Source: an uncultured Kiritimatiellota bacterium (GTDB taxonomy: Bacteria; Verrucomicrobiota; Kiritimatiellia; RFP12; DVOR01). Taken from it: a stretch of DNA of 64,000 nt. The notes under the pieces were generated by a model. It ran no database searches. It was not told the DNA's origin and saw only the letters and a list, made by a program, of their open reading frames with translations. The stretch spans positions 7,755 through 71,754 of the forward strand of contig CALXSH010000002.1 in NCBI GenBank assembly GCA_944391065.1, written 5' to 3'. Within the stretch, counting starts at the first letter, position 1; every line of letters starts with the position of its first letter. Of this stretch, positions 17,933 through 27,751 are shown piece after piece. The position numbers and the translations under genes were made by a program.

Positions 17933-20670
17933 GGGGAGGGATTGCCTTCGGCGCAGCGGCGGATGAGTTCGGCCAGCAGGGGATCGGAACAGCCCTCGGC
18001 GATTTTCGGTTCGCGGATGAGATCGCCGATGCGAAGCATCTGACTCAGCGTGCGGCGCAGGTCGGCCTGGGTCGCTTCGGGTGAGACGGGATCGGTGAAG
18101 GCCGAGTACGCCGGCGGTTCGCGTCCGGGCAGGAAGAGGTAGCCGCCCGTGATCTTCTCTTCGGCCGGGTGCTCCGGATGGCAGCGGCTGAGCATCCACG
18201 TATAGATGGGCACTTGGAAGCCAATCCAGTCGGGGGTGTCCGGCGTCTCTCCGTTGATGCGGTAGTGCATGTTGTCGGCCTTCTTCGCCCGGAGCGTCGT
18301 CTTGTAGTCGACGATACGCCATCGCCCGTCGGGGTGGCGGTCGATTCGGTCGGCCCGTCCGACCAGGGTGACGGGTGTGCCGTCGACGAGAATCGAGGCC
18401 TCCATGCGGTACTCGGTTTCCGCGACGCGCCAGCCCTCTTCGCGCGAAGTCTGTTCCCATGTCGCGGCGCCGCGCAGGCGACGCTCAATGTCCCGCGCGA
18501 GGGCCAGGGAGGCGACCGTCGGCACGGGGCCGTAGGCCTTGGAGAGAACCCTGTCGCAGCACGCTTCCAGCGAACGGAGCAGGTCATCGTCGGCGGCCGT
18601 CTTCAGACAGCGCAGGATGGAATGGACAAGATTGCCGAAGACCGTCGGCGGCAGATCGCCGTCGGGACGGCCCAAGGGCTCCCGGAGCCCCAGTACGAAG
18701 TGGAGGAAGTAGTCCGCCGGCGAACGCAAAAAGGCCGCGACGGCACTGGCTGAGAAGCGCGTCAGCAGTTGCCACTTCCGCCATGCCTCGGGCTTGGCGC
18801 GGAGCCGCAGGCCGCTGACCGGCGGCGGGGTGGGGCGGGATTCCGGGCTGTCGATGAAGAGCTTTCGCACGCGGTCGCGCCGTTCTTCGTGGGTACAGCG
18901 GAAGAGGAGGCGCGAGGGACGGAGGGCGTTGCCGTCTGGATTGGTGTCGGCGCAGATCAGGCAGACGCGATTCGGCGGATACCGTTTGCAGAGAGTGTCG
19001 AGAATGTAGGCGTCACGCGCGGCGCGCGTCGCGTCGTCGCGCATCCCCAGCGCCGTGCGGAGGCCGTCGGGCAGGAAGGGATCGGAGAGAAGCGAATCGG
19101 GAAAGAGCGTCTCGCTCACGCCGCCGACCAGCGCGATATCGGCCGGGGACCAGAGGAGTTCCAGGCGCCCCTCAAACGAGGCGTCGGCGCCGCGGCGGAC
19201 GGGACGGACGGCGAGGTCGCTCAGCCGCGCGGCGAAGAGCGCCGCGTCGGGTTTGCCTGTGACGCGGCAGTCGGCCAGTTCGCGGAGAAGATCGCCGATG
19301 GCTTCGAAGGCCGCGAAGCGCAGGGGCGCGGCAGTGGGATGGAGCGTCTTTGTGCCCCAGAGATCGTTCAGGAAGGCCCGTACGCCCAGGACCGTATCGG
19401 CAGCGAGGGCCGCGCGCCAAGCCTCGGCCTTTTTCACGAGGGCATGGATGGCCGGCCGGTCTTCCTCGGTCGCGGCCAGCAAAGCCCGGACGTCGGTGGG
19501 CAGGAGAGCGTTGCGGAGGTCGGCCAATTCGTTGCGGAGCGCCGTCTGGGTGTACCCAGCGGGTTCCAGCGTCGCGGCCGTCTCGGGAATGTCCGCGAGC
19601 GCCGTCAGCGTCGCCTCGGTCGGCCCCTCGGCTGCGTAGGCGAGCAGGGCCGAGAGGGCCCGTCCCTCGGGTTGCGCGAGAATCGGCAAGGGTTCCGGTT
19701 CGAAGACCGTCATCCCGTGCCGCAGGGCCATGGCCGTCAGCTGCGGCATCATGTTGCGGTCAAGGATGCCAAAGCAGAGCTGTCCGGGAGAGAGGGCGCC
19801 GAAGCCGTTCAGGAAGCGTTCGGCGACGGCCGCGGCCCCTTCGGGTTTCTCACAGCGGCGGATGGATTCCGTCGCCACGGAGAGCCGACGGTCAGGGTCG
19901 TTCCAGAAGGTTGGATTCGGTCGCCCGTAGGTGTCGAAGGCCGCCTCGTCGCGTTCTGCGGCGATAAGGACGGTCACCTCGGGCATCACGTCGAGGAGGC
20001 CCGTCAGGGCGGGGAGGAAGTCCGGCACGCAGGCCATGACCACGCGGAGCGGGCCGGCTTCCTGGGGCAGAAGGGTGTGGGATTCAATCGTCGCCTGCTG
20101 GAGGTCACAGGGGTCGGTCAGACTGTGCGCGGCCAGTTCTTCGCGGTAACGGGTCTCAAGCAGGTCGAGAGCCTGCCAGCGGAGCCGCTCGTGGCCCTCG
20201 GGAAGAGCGTCGGGCGCGGCCGCGACGCGGCCGAAATCGAGCGCGGCCTCGGCCAGCGTCCCGCGCAGGGTGTTGAGCCGGCGCGCCACGGCGAGGCGCG
20301 AGGGCGCCTGGGCGAGCCAATTGCGTTCGCCAGGAAAGAGTTCGGAGAGGAGGAGGGATTCGGCCCCTTCGCCGCGGAGCCACGCGAAGACCCGCTCCCA
20401 CGCCAGCAACGTCTCGGTCTCGGTGGCGGCCTCGGCGTCTTTGGGCGGGGCAAAGAGGGTGATGAGGAGCGCGGGCGTCAGAAAGCGGACGCCCTGATAG
20501 GCTCCATAGAGGTCTGCCAGGGCATCGCGGAGGCGGCGGCCGGCCAGAGCCGTCGGCACACAGAGCACCAAGCCGGGCGGAAGCGCGTCTGGCCAACGGT
20601 TCCGGCACCAAGCGGCCGTCAGGGCCGTGGCGTCGGAGGCGGTACCCAGGAAGATGCGCTCCGGCGTCAT
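17929..20670 (-). CDS. AddB-like protein: degenerate helicase-like N-terminal region plus C-terminal RecB-family PD-(D/E)XK nuclease domain
   Basis: C-terminal GRADRIDRHPDGRWRIVDYKTT (nuclease motif II/III) and upstream SASAVAAFLRSPADYFLHFVLGL motif; N-terminal Walker-A-like GTASDAT lacks the lysine. Confidence 0.65.
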   Translation of the reverse strand: MTPERIFLGTASDATALTAAWCRNRWPDALPPGLVLCVPTALAGRRLRDALADLYGAYQGVRFLTPALLITLFAPPKDAEAATETETLLAWERVFAWLRGEGAESLLLSELFPGERNWLAQAPSRLAVARRLNTLRGTLAEAALDFGRVAAAPDALPEGHERLRWQALDLLETRYREELAAHSLTDPCDLQQATIESHTLLPQEAGPLRVVMACVPDFLPALTGLLDVMPEVTVLIAAERDEAAFDTYGRPNPTFWNDPDRRLSVATESIRRCEKPEGAAAVAERFLNGFGALSPGQLCFGILDRNMMPQLTAMALRHGMTVFEPEPLPILAQPEGRALSALLAYAAEGPTEATLTALADIPETAATLEPAGYTQTALRNELADLRNALLPTDVRALLAATEEDRPAIHALVKKAEAWRAALAADTVLGVRAFLNDLWGTKTLHPTAAPLRFAAFEAIGDLLRELADCRVTGKPDAALFAARLSDLAVRPVRRGADASFEGRLELLWSPADIALVGGVSETLFPDSLLSDPFLPDGLRTALGMRDDATRAARDAYILDTLCKRYPPNRVCLICADTNPDGNALRPSRLLFRCTHEERRDRVRKLFIDSPESRPTPPPVSGLRLRAKPEAWRKWQLLTRFSASAVAAFLRSPADYFLHFVLGLREPLGRPDGDLPPTVFGNLVHSILRCLKTAADDDLLRSLEACCDRVLSKAYGPVPTVASLALARDIERRLRGAATWEQTSREEGWRVAETEYRMEASILVDGTPVTLVGRADRIDRHPDGRWRIVDYKTTLRAKKADNMHYRINGETPDTPDWIGFQVPIYTWMLSRCHPEHPAEEKITGGYLFLPGREPPAYSAFTDPVSPEATQADLRRTLSQMLRIGDLIREPKIAEGCSDPLLAELIRRCAEGNPSP

Positions 20671-20676
20671 GGACCT

Positions 20677-21930
20677 TTAGCAGCAGGCGAGCGCCGCGCC
20701 GAAGAGCGGCGCGTCCGGAATCTGCACCATCTCGTAGGTGAAGCCGTGGTCGCCCAGCAGGTGATCGAGGTCGCAGCGCACCAGGTGCGGGAAGGGCACG
20801 GTGGCCGTCTTCCAGAAGGTGGAGCCGTCGATGTTCAGGCGGATGCGTCCGGAGGTCACGCCCCGCGCCTCGGCGGCCGCGAGACCGGCCGCGGCCAAGT
20901 TGACGGCCGTGAAGCGGGCCGCGCGTTCGTACATCGGACGGAGCAGACGGCGGATGGCCAGGGCTTCCGCGTCCGTGCCGGGGATGGCCTTCGGGTCGAG
21001 ACCGGAGGCGTAGCGGTCGAGGGTGATGTTGTCGATGAGGCCGACGGAATGGATGTAGTTTGCCAGCGGCTTCGAGAAGAGGCCTTCGTCGGCGGCCGTC
21101 TTGAGGATTTCCGTGCCGAGGTGGCCCAGATGGACGCCGGAAATGCAGCGTTCCCAGATGTCGCGGACCGTCACGGTGCTCATCGCGGCGTAACGGCAGT
21201 CGAAGTCGGAGAAGGTCACGTCGGTGAAGTTGCCGGTCTCGCAGTTGATCGGGATCAGCTGACCCGTGGGCAGGCCGGATTCCTTGACAATGGCTTCGGA
21301 ACGTTCCGCGTAGGCGCAGTTGGTGCCCGTGCCAAGGATGAAGCCGACGTGGGCCACGATCGGTTCATCGTGGTCAGGCATCGAATAGGAGGCCAGCAGC
21401 GTCGCGACGGTATCGTTCATGACACGGATGTCGACATCGGGGCAACCGCGTGCTGCCAGGGCGTTGGCGAGGTCCTGACGGATGTTGGTGCCGACGATGC
21501 CGGGGGCGTCGATGTGCTTGGTCCAGAAGAGCAGCTTGCCGTGGGTGTCGACGGGATAGGAGAAGCAGTAGCCGAGACGTTCGCCGGGACGGACGTTGGG
21601 CAGGAGCACCTTGCAGAGCTGTTCGTAAAACGCCTCGGGCGTGACCTCGCCCTGCGTGCCCGGCATATGGCCGCGGATGACGTTGAGCAGCGTCGCGTTG
21701 CCTTCGGCGTCAAAGCGGATACGGGCCGAACGGATGTTGGTGCCGCCGACATCGAAGACCGGAATCTCGCAGTCACGCGGGCGGCATCCGCAGAGGGAGA
21801 AGGTCGAGGGAATCATGGGCAGGGGACCTTTGCCCGCCAGGCCGGCCTTCATGGAGGCCCGGAAACTCTCGAGAAGCTTGTCGAGGTTCAGCTCTTTGGG
21901 GTCAAGCCTGTGTCTGGTCAAGAAGTTCAT
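20677..21930 (-). CDS. Hexokinase-family sugar kinase (eukaryote-type hexokinase fold)
   Basis: DVGGTNIRSA phosphate-1, MNDTVATLLA, ILGTGTNCAYAE, IDGSTFWK motifs characteristic of the hexokinase family; start at ATG 21930 (MNFLTRH). Confidence 0.8.
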   Translation of the reverse strand: MNFLTRHRLDPKELNLDKLLESFRASMKAGLAGKGPLPMIPSTFSLCGCRPRDCEIPVFDVGGTNIRSARIRFDAEGNATLLNVIRGHMPGTQGEVTPEAFYEQLCKVLLPNVRPGERLGYCFSYPVDTHGKLLFWTKHIDAPGIVGTNIRQDLANALAARGCPDVDIRVMNDTVATLLASYSMPDHDEPIVAHVGFILGTGTNCAYAERSEAIVKESGLPTGQLIPINCETGNFTDVTFSDFDCRYAAMSTVTVRDIWERCISGVHLGHLGTEILKTAADEGLFSKPLANYIHSVGLIDNITLDRYASGLDPKAIPGTDAEALAIRRLLRPMYERAARFTAVNLAAAGLAAAEARGVTSGRIRLNIDGSTFWKTATVPFPHLVRCDLDHLLGDHGFTYEMVQIPDAPLFGAALACC

Positions 21931-23509
21931 GAATCGTATCCTCCGGTACGATGCATCCGGTCTGTACTTCGCCGATGCGTCTGGGCAGGGCGAAACGAAC
22001 GCGGCCGTCCGCTTTCTTTTTGTCATGTGAGAGGCTGAAAAGGATGGCAGCCTCGTCCAAACCGGCAGGAATCTCCGTCGGCAGTCCGAGAGCCTCCAAA
22101 TCATGAACAATGTTATCGGCTATCGGTTCGCGTGTCAACCCCAAACGCTCGGAAAGCCGGGCCGCGGCGACGGTACCGATGGCGACGGCCTCACCGTGGG
22201 CGAGGGCAAAGCCGCTGGCGGCCTCGATGGCGTGGCCGAGGGTATGGCCGAGATTGAGGGCGGCGCGCTTACCGGTTTTCTCGAAGGGGTCTTCCTGGAT
22301 GGTGCGGATCTTGACGGCCGCCGAACGGTTCACGAGCGCCGTCAGGTAATCCAAGTCGCCGCGACATTCGGCGAAGCGGCGGAGCATGTCGGCCAGACCG
22401 GGATCGGCGATGACCGCGTGCTTGTAGGTCTCGGCCAATCCGCATCGCGTCTCGCGGTCGGGCAGCGTCGCCAGGAAGGCCGTGTCGGCAAGCACCGCGC
22501 AGGGCGGGTGAAAGGCCCCGATCAGATTCTTGCCGGCCGGGAGGTCGGCGCCTGTCTTGCCGCCGATGCCGGCATCGACCATGGAGAGGAGGGTGGTGGG
22601 CAGGTTGAGCCACCGAATGCCGCGCATCCAGGCCGATGCCGCGAAGCCCGTCAGGTCACCCGTGACGCCGCCGCCCAGCGCGATGACCAAGTCGCCGCGT
22701 TCCAGTCCCGCCTCGCACATCGCCTGCCAGATTGAGGCGACCGTCGCGAGTGTCTTGTGTTCCTCGCCGGCGGGAATCGTAAAGGTCGGTACGTCACGTC
22801 CCAGCGCGGCCTTCACGGCCGGACCGCAGAGCGGCATCGTATTGGAGTCGCCCACGAGGAGAAGATGTATGGGCTTCGGCGTCAGCTTGGCCAAGACGTT
22901 CGGCAGTGCCCGTACGGCGTGCGGCGCGATCAGGACGTTGTAGGGCTCGCCCATGCCGCCGACGATGTAGCGTCCGAAGAGGGCCAGGACCTTCGGCCAG
23001 ACCTCCTGCGGCGTCATTTCGGCTTCAAGGTTAAGCTGGAGCGTGAAGGAACTGTAATGGGCCTCGCGCTCCTTCAGTAGCTTGCGAAGCTGGTCGCCGT
23101 CCTTTGACCACGGGCGCGAGCCCTTCTTGCGTTCCACGCGGCGCACGAGGGCCTCGACAGACGTGCGGATGCAGACCACCGGACCGCAGGCCTCGGCCAT
23201 TGCGCGGTTCTGCGGACGCAGCAACGCCCCGCCGCCCAGGGCGACGATGCCGTCGGGACGCGATTCGCAGAGCGCCTTGAGTGTCGCCGTCTCCGCGTCG
23301 CGAAAGGCCTCGGGACCCGCCGTCTGCACGTACTCCGGGATGGTCATGCCGATGCGACGCTCAATCAATGTGTCGAGATCCATCGCGGGTTTGCCGATGG
23401 CGGCGGAAAGGTTATGGGCGCAGGTGCTCTTGCCCGTGGCGGGCGGACCGTAGAGGAAGAGGGTCGGGGAGGCCAAGGGCAGTTTCGGTTCGGGGAATGT
23501 GAGAGGCAT
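21902..23509 (-). CDS. aroKB: Bifunctional shikimate kinase / 3-dehydroquinate synthase (AroK-AroB fusion)
   Basis: N-terminal P-loop LYGPPATGKST (shikimate kinase), then DHQ synthase motifs (LGGGVTGDLTGFAA, NLGHTLGHAIE); start at ATG 23509. Confidence 0.85.
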   Translation of the reverse strand: MPLTFPEPKLPLASPTLFLYGPPATGKSTCAHNLSAAIGKPAMDLDTLIERRIGMTIPEYVQTAGPEAFRDAETATLKALCESRPDGIVALGGGALLRPQNRAMAEACGPVVCIRTSVEALVRRVERKKGSRPWSKDGDQLRKLLKEREAHYSSFTLQLNLEAEMTPQEVWPKVLALFGRYIVGGMGEPYNVLIAPHAVRALPNVLAKLTPKPIHLLLVGDSNTMPLCGPAVKAALGRDVPTFTIPAGEEHKTLATVASIWQAMCEAGLERGDLVIALGGGVTGDLTGFAASAWMRGIRWLNLPTTLLSMVDAGIGGKTGADLPAGKNLIGAFHPPCAVLADTAFLATLPDRETRCGLAETYKHAVIADPGLADMLRRFAECRGDLDYLTALVNRSAAVKIRTIQEDPFEKTGKRAALNLGHTLGHAIEAASGFALAHGEAVAIGTVAAARLSERLGLTREPIADNIVHDLEALGLPTEIPAGLDEAAILFSLSHDKKKADGRVRFALPRRIGEVQTGCIVPEDTIHELLDQTQA

Positions 23510-23526
23510 GGCAGGAATCCAGGAAT

Positions 23527-25215
23527 TTAAGGTGCGGCGTCGCTCCGCGTGGCATAAGCCAACATCTCGCGGGCGTGGTCGGCCGTGACCGAGGTCAGGT
23601 CTGCCCCGCCGAGCATGCGGGCAATTTCGGCGGCGCGGCCCTCCGCCGTCAGGGGTTCGATTCGGGTGACGGAGCGTCCCTCGACCACCTGTTTGGCCAC
23701 GCGGAAATGGGTGTGCCCGAAGACGGCGCACTGCGGCTGATGGGTGATGCAGAGGACTTGGGCGCGGGCTCCGAGGGCGCGGAGTTTCCGGCCGACGGCG
23801 CGGCCGGTCTCGCCGCCGATGTTGGCGTCGATTTCGTCAAAGATGAGGGTCGGCACGGCACGGTGACGGGCCACAATGGCGTCGACGGCCAACATGACGC
23901 GCGCGATCTCGCCTGAGGAGGCGATGTCCGCCAGAGGACGCGGGTCCTCGCCGGGGTTCGGTCCGAAACAGAAGGTGATGATGTCCGCCCCGTCGGGACC
24001 GGGCGCACGGGGGGCACAGCGGATCGGAAGCACGGCCTTGGCGAACCCGAGACCGCGGAGCTCGGCCAGAATCTCCTCCGACAGCGCGGGCAGCGCCGCG
24101 CGGCGCCTGGCCGAGAGCGTTTCGGCGGCACGACGGAGGTCGGCCTCGGCGTCGCGGATGCGGCCCTGAAGTCCGGCGATGCGTTCGTCGGCTTCTCCTA
24201 GGAGCGTCAGCCGCTCCTTGGCGGATTCCAACGCGGCGAGGATATCGGGAATGGTCTTGCCGTAACGGCGGCGGAGACGCTGAATCTGGGCCATGCGGGC
24301 CTCGAGGCGTTCCAGCGTGTCGGGGTCGGCCTCAATGCGCGAGAGGCGTTGGGCCACGGTCGTGGAAAGGTCCTGGATGCTTTCCTGAATCCCCGCCAGC
24401 GTCTCTTCCCAGCCGGTCGCCTCGGGGAGGAGACGGGCCAATTCGCGAAGGGTACGGTTGCAGCGGAGGAGCTCGTCGGAGACGGCCGTCTCGCCATCGG
24501 TCAGGATATTGGCGACGGTATTTCCCAGAGAGAGAATCTCTTCGGCGTTGGCCGCCTCGTCGTGACGGGCGGTCAGTTCGTCACCGTCGGCCTCCGTAGG
24601 GGCGACGGCTTCGATCTCGGCCACATCCTCAGCCAGTCGAAGCGACTCCTCGCGGCGTGCTTCGGGATCCCCGGTGAGCTCGTCGAGTTCGGCTTTGAGG
24701 CTCTGCAGACGCTGCCAGCACGCATCATAGGCGGCCCGCTCGGTGGCCGTGTCGGCGTAGCGGTCGGTGAGTTCGAGTTGGAACGCACTGTCGCGGAGGG
24801 CGCGAGGATCGTCGGGACCGTGGATTTCGGTCAGGAGCGGGGCCAACGCCTTCAGGACCGTGGCCGTGGCGGGCGCGTCGTTGATGCGGACGCGGCTTTG
24901 CCCAACGGCCGTAACGGTGCGGCGGATGATGAGTTCGCCCCCGTCGCAGGTGGGGAGCTCGGCTTCAGCCAATACGGCGTCGACGGCGTCCGTCCCGGTC
25001 ACCTCAAAGGCATAGACCGCCGTGACGGAGGCCTCTTTTTCGCCCGTCCGGACGATGGTCCGGTCGGCCCGTTCGCCGAGAATAAGGTGCAAGGCTCCCA
25101 ACAGCACGGACTTACCCGCGCCGGTTTCGCCGGTGATAACATTGAGGCCCGGGCCAAAGCAGACCTCGGCCGCTTCGACGACGGCCAGATTCCGAACCGA
25201 TAGGCGTATCAGCAT
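23527..25215 (-). CDS. recN: DNA repair protein RecN
   Basis: N-terminal Walker A GETGAGKS, long coiled-coil, C-terminal LIFDEIDANIGG signature/Walker B. Confidence 0.9.
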   Translation of the reverse strand: MLIRLSVRNLAVVEAAEVCFGPGLNVITGETGAGKSVLLGALHLILGERADRTIVRTGEKEASVTAVYAFEVTGTDAVDAVLAEAELPTCDGGELIIRRTVTAVGQSRVRINDAPATATVLKALAPLLTEIHGPDDPRALRDSAFQLELTDRYADTATERAAYDACWQRLQSLKAELDELTGDPEARREESLRLAEDVAEIEAVAPTEADGDELTARHDEAANAEEILSLGNTVANILTDGETAVSDELLRCNRTLRELARLLPEATGWEETLAGIQESIQDLSTTVAQRLSRIEADPDTLERLEARMAQIQRLRRRYGKTIPDILAALESAKERLTLLGEADERIAGLQGRIRDAEADLRRAAETLSARRRAALPALSEEILAELRGLGFAKAVLPIRCAPRAPGPDGADIITFCFGPNPGEDPRPLADIASSGEIARVMLAVDAIVARHRAVPTLIFDEIDANIGGETGRAVGRKLRALGARAQVLCITHQPQCAVFGHTHFRVAKQVVEGRSVTRIEPLTAEGRAAEIARMLGGADLTSVTADHAREMLAYATRSDAAP

Positions 25216-25287
25216 GACGCCAGAAGGATACCAAAAATATCCCTCCGAACGCCTGTCTTTCTGCGATATCAGGGGGCTCCGCGGCCC

Positions 25288-27744
25288 TCAGTCACGCGGA
25301 TTGACGAGGGCGCCGAGGCGGGCGCTGAGGGCCCTGCGCGTGGCGATGACCTCGACGGGGCAGGGGAGCGAACGCGCAAAGACCGTCCCGTAGCTCTTGC
25401 GCGTGACGCGGGCGTCGGCCACGATGACGATGCCCCGGTCCGTGCGGCTGCGGATGAGACGCCCGAAGCCCTGACGGAACCGGATGACGGCCTGGGGCAG
25501 GGCGAGTTCGTAGAAGGGTACGCCTCCCCGGTTTTTGATGCGGTCGCAGCGGGCCCTGAAGAGGGGATCGCCGTAACTCTCAAAGGGCAGGCGTGCGATG
25601 ACGACGCAGCTCAGCGCGTCACCCGCCACGTCCACGCCCTCCCAGAAACTCTGCGTGCCGAAGAGCACGGTCGGCTCGCCGTTGGCGCGGAGGGCTTCGG
25701 TGATGGCATCGCGCGGCGCGGTGTCCTGGGTCAGCAGGCGGATGCCTTTGTCGCGGAGGAAGGGCTGAAGCTGTTCGGCGCAGGCCCGCATCATCTCATA
25801 GGAGGTGAAGAGCGCCAGCGAACGGCCCTTGGCCGTGGTGAAGAGACTGTACATCATCCGCGAGAGTTCGAGCGTGTACTGCGGGTCCTCGACCTCGGGG
25901 AGAAAATCGGGCACAGCCACGCAGCACTGCTCCGGATAATCGAAGGGACTCTCCGCGACGAACTCGCTGACCGTGCGGTCGGTCAGGTCGTTGAGCCCGA
26001 GACGGCGGCGCAGATGGTCAAAACTCCCCCCGATGCGCAGCGTGGCAGAGGAGAAGACAATCGTCTCGCGTTCGCCGTAGAGGAGGGAACGCAGTTGGGC
26101 GGAGACGTCGAGCGGGGCAACCGAGAGGGTGACGAGACCCTCCTGGCGTTGGCCGCCGCAGCGGGCTATCCAGTAGACGCAGTCGCTCCGCGTGGCGTTG
26201 AGCAGCGTGTCGAGTCCCTTGCCGAAGGTTTCGATGCGCTCGCGGACGGCGGAAATGGAGACGGTGAGTTCCTCAAAGGGATTGTCGCCTTGGGGCTGCT
26301 GCGGCATGCGGCGGGCGATTTCCGTCAGGAGGCGTTCGAGCAGGCGGTGGGCCAGGCTGAGCTGTTCCTTGACTGCCGTGCGGCGCGCGTCGATGTCGGC
26401 CTCAGGCAAAAGGGGCTCGGCGGGGGTGAAAAGCGAACCGCTCAGGCAGACCTCACGCCGCAGGGCCGGTGTACCGTCCTGTAGGGGCGGTTTAGCGGGA
26501 TCGGGCACGCAACGGTACCGGACCGTGTGGTCGGGCGTGTGCTCCGTGAGGGTGTAGAGGAATTCGAGAAGCTCCGTGCCGCGCTTGGCTAGGTCGACGC
26601 CGCAGGCCCGGATGTCGGCCAGGAGTGCCGTCAGGGTGACCTGGTCGGCTGGATCGGGCACGGCAGCCTCGATGAAGTCTTTGCGCGTGCGCTCAAGGAT
26701 CCCGTAGGCTTCGCGGCCCTTGCTCGGCGCCAGGCGCTGGCAGAAGTCGTAGAGGGCGAAGGGCGAGAGCTCCTCGGTGAGGAACTGTGTTGCGGCGTTC
26801 TCGAGATTGTGGGCCTCGTCGAAGACGACCTGGGCGTGCGGGGGCAGCACCGAGGCCTCGCCCGAGAGTTCGGCGAAGACGAGGGCGTGGTTGGTGATGA
26901 TGAGATCGGCCTGCTGCGCGTTCTGGCGGGCCCTCAGGAGGAAACAGCGTTTGGCGAAACGGCACTTCTTGCCGGTGCAGGTATCGGCTTGGCAGCCGAG
27001 GGAATGGCGGAAGGCCGGGTCATCGCAGCCGTATTCGGGACGGAAGGTGTCCAGGTCGCCGTCGACGGTCTTCGATGCCCACGCCGTGAGATCGGAGAAG
27101 AGGAGGAGTTCGTTGGCGCTGAGCGAGGGGAGCCCCTCCTCCAGGAGAATGCCGAACCGCCTCAGGCAGAGATAGTTGCCGCGGCCCTTGAGCGTGACGG
27201 CCGAGAACTTCCGGTCTCTCGGCAGGTGGGGCTGCAGGATGCGTGCGACGATGGGCGCGTCTTTGGCAATGAGCTGGGTCTGGAGGTTGCGCGTATTGGT
27301 GGAGATGACGATCGGCAGATTGTTGCGGACCGCCCAGATCGCTGCCGGCACCAGATACGCCAAACTCTTGCCGACGCCCGTGCCCGCCTCGGCCAGCAGG
27401 AAGTCCCGTCGGTTGAGTGCGTCGGCCACGGCCCTGGCCATCGCGGTCTGGCCGGCGCGCGGTTCATAACGTTCAAACTGCTTCGCCAGTTCCCCGCCCT
27501 CGCCGAAGACCGCCTCGACCGCGCCAGGCGGTACGGGCAGCCACGACTCGGCCGGCGTCAGGCCGCGCGACGGGGCTTTGGCGAACTGACGGAATCCCGC
27601 GTACCAGGCGCTGTCCTCGCTCTCCTCAAAGAGACGGTTGTCGCGGACATCGCTGATGGCGTCCTCAAGGTCCCTCCGCTCTGCCCCGCGCGCGCAGGCC
27701 AGCATCGTGTCGAGTGCCCAGGAGGGAAGGGATTCGAAGTCCAT
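25288..27744 (-). CDS. dinG: DinG/Rad3-family ATP-dependent DNA helicase (XPD-like, Fe-S domain)
   Basis: AEAGTGVGKSLAYL Walker A, DEAH box (VFDEAHNL), four-Cys Fe-S insertion, helicase C-terminal motifs; start ATG 27744. Confidence 0.8.
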   Translation of the reverse strand: MDFESLPSWALDTMLACARGAERRDLEDAISDVRDNRLFEESEDSAWYAGFRQFAKAPSRGLTPAESWLPVPPGAVEAVFGEGGELAKQFERYEPRAGQTAMARAVADALNRRDFLLAEAGTGVGKSLAYLVPAAIWAVRNNLPIVISTNTRNLQTQLIAKDAPIVARILQPHLPRDRKFSAVTLKGRGNYLCLRRFGILLEEGLPSLSANELLLFSDLTAWASKTVDGDLDTFRPEYGCDDPAFRHSLGCQADTCTGKKCRFAKRCFLLRARQNAQQADLIITNHALVFAELSGEASVLPPHAQVVFDEAHNLENAATQFLTEELSPFALYDFCQRLAPSKGREAYGILERTRKDFIEAAVPDPADQVTLTALLADIRACGVDLAKRGTELLEFLYTLTEHTPDHTVRYRCVPDPAKPPLQDGTPALRREVCLSGSLFTPAEPLLPEADIDARRTAVKEQLSLAHRLLERLLTEIARRMPQQPQGDNPFEELTVSISAVRERIETFGKGLDTLLNATRSDCVYWIARCGGQRQEGLVTLSVAPLDVSAQLRSLLYGERETIVFSSATLRIGGSFDHLRRRLGLNDLTDRTVSEFVAESPFDYPEQCCVAVPDFLPEVEDPQYTLELSRMMYSLFTTAKGRSLALFTSYEMMRACAEQLQPFLRDKGIRLLTQDTAPRDAITEALRANGEPTVLFGTQSFWEGVDVAGDALSCVVIARLPFESYGDPLFRARCDRIKNRGGVPFYELALPQAVIRFRQGFGRLIRSRTDRGIVIVADARVTRKSYGTVFARSLPCPVEVIATRRALSARLGALVNPRD

Positions 27745-27751
27745 GGGGAGT

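Noticed and set aside
18769-22038. 1089-aa plus-strand ORF
   Set aside because: Antisense to the AddB-like and hexokinase genes. Low-complexity R/G-rich translation. High-GC artefact.
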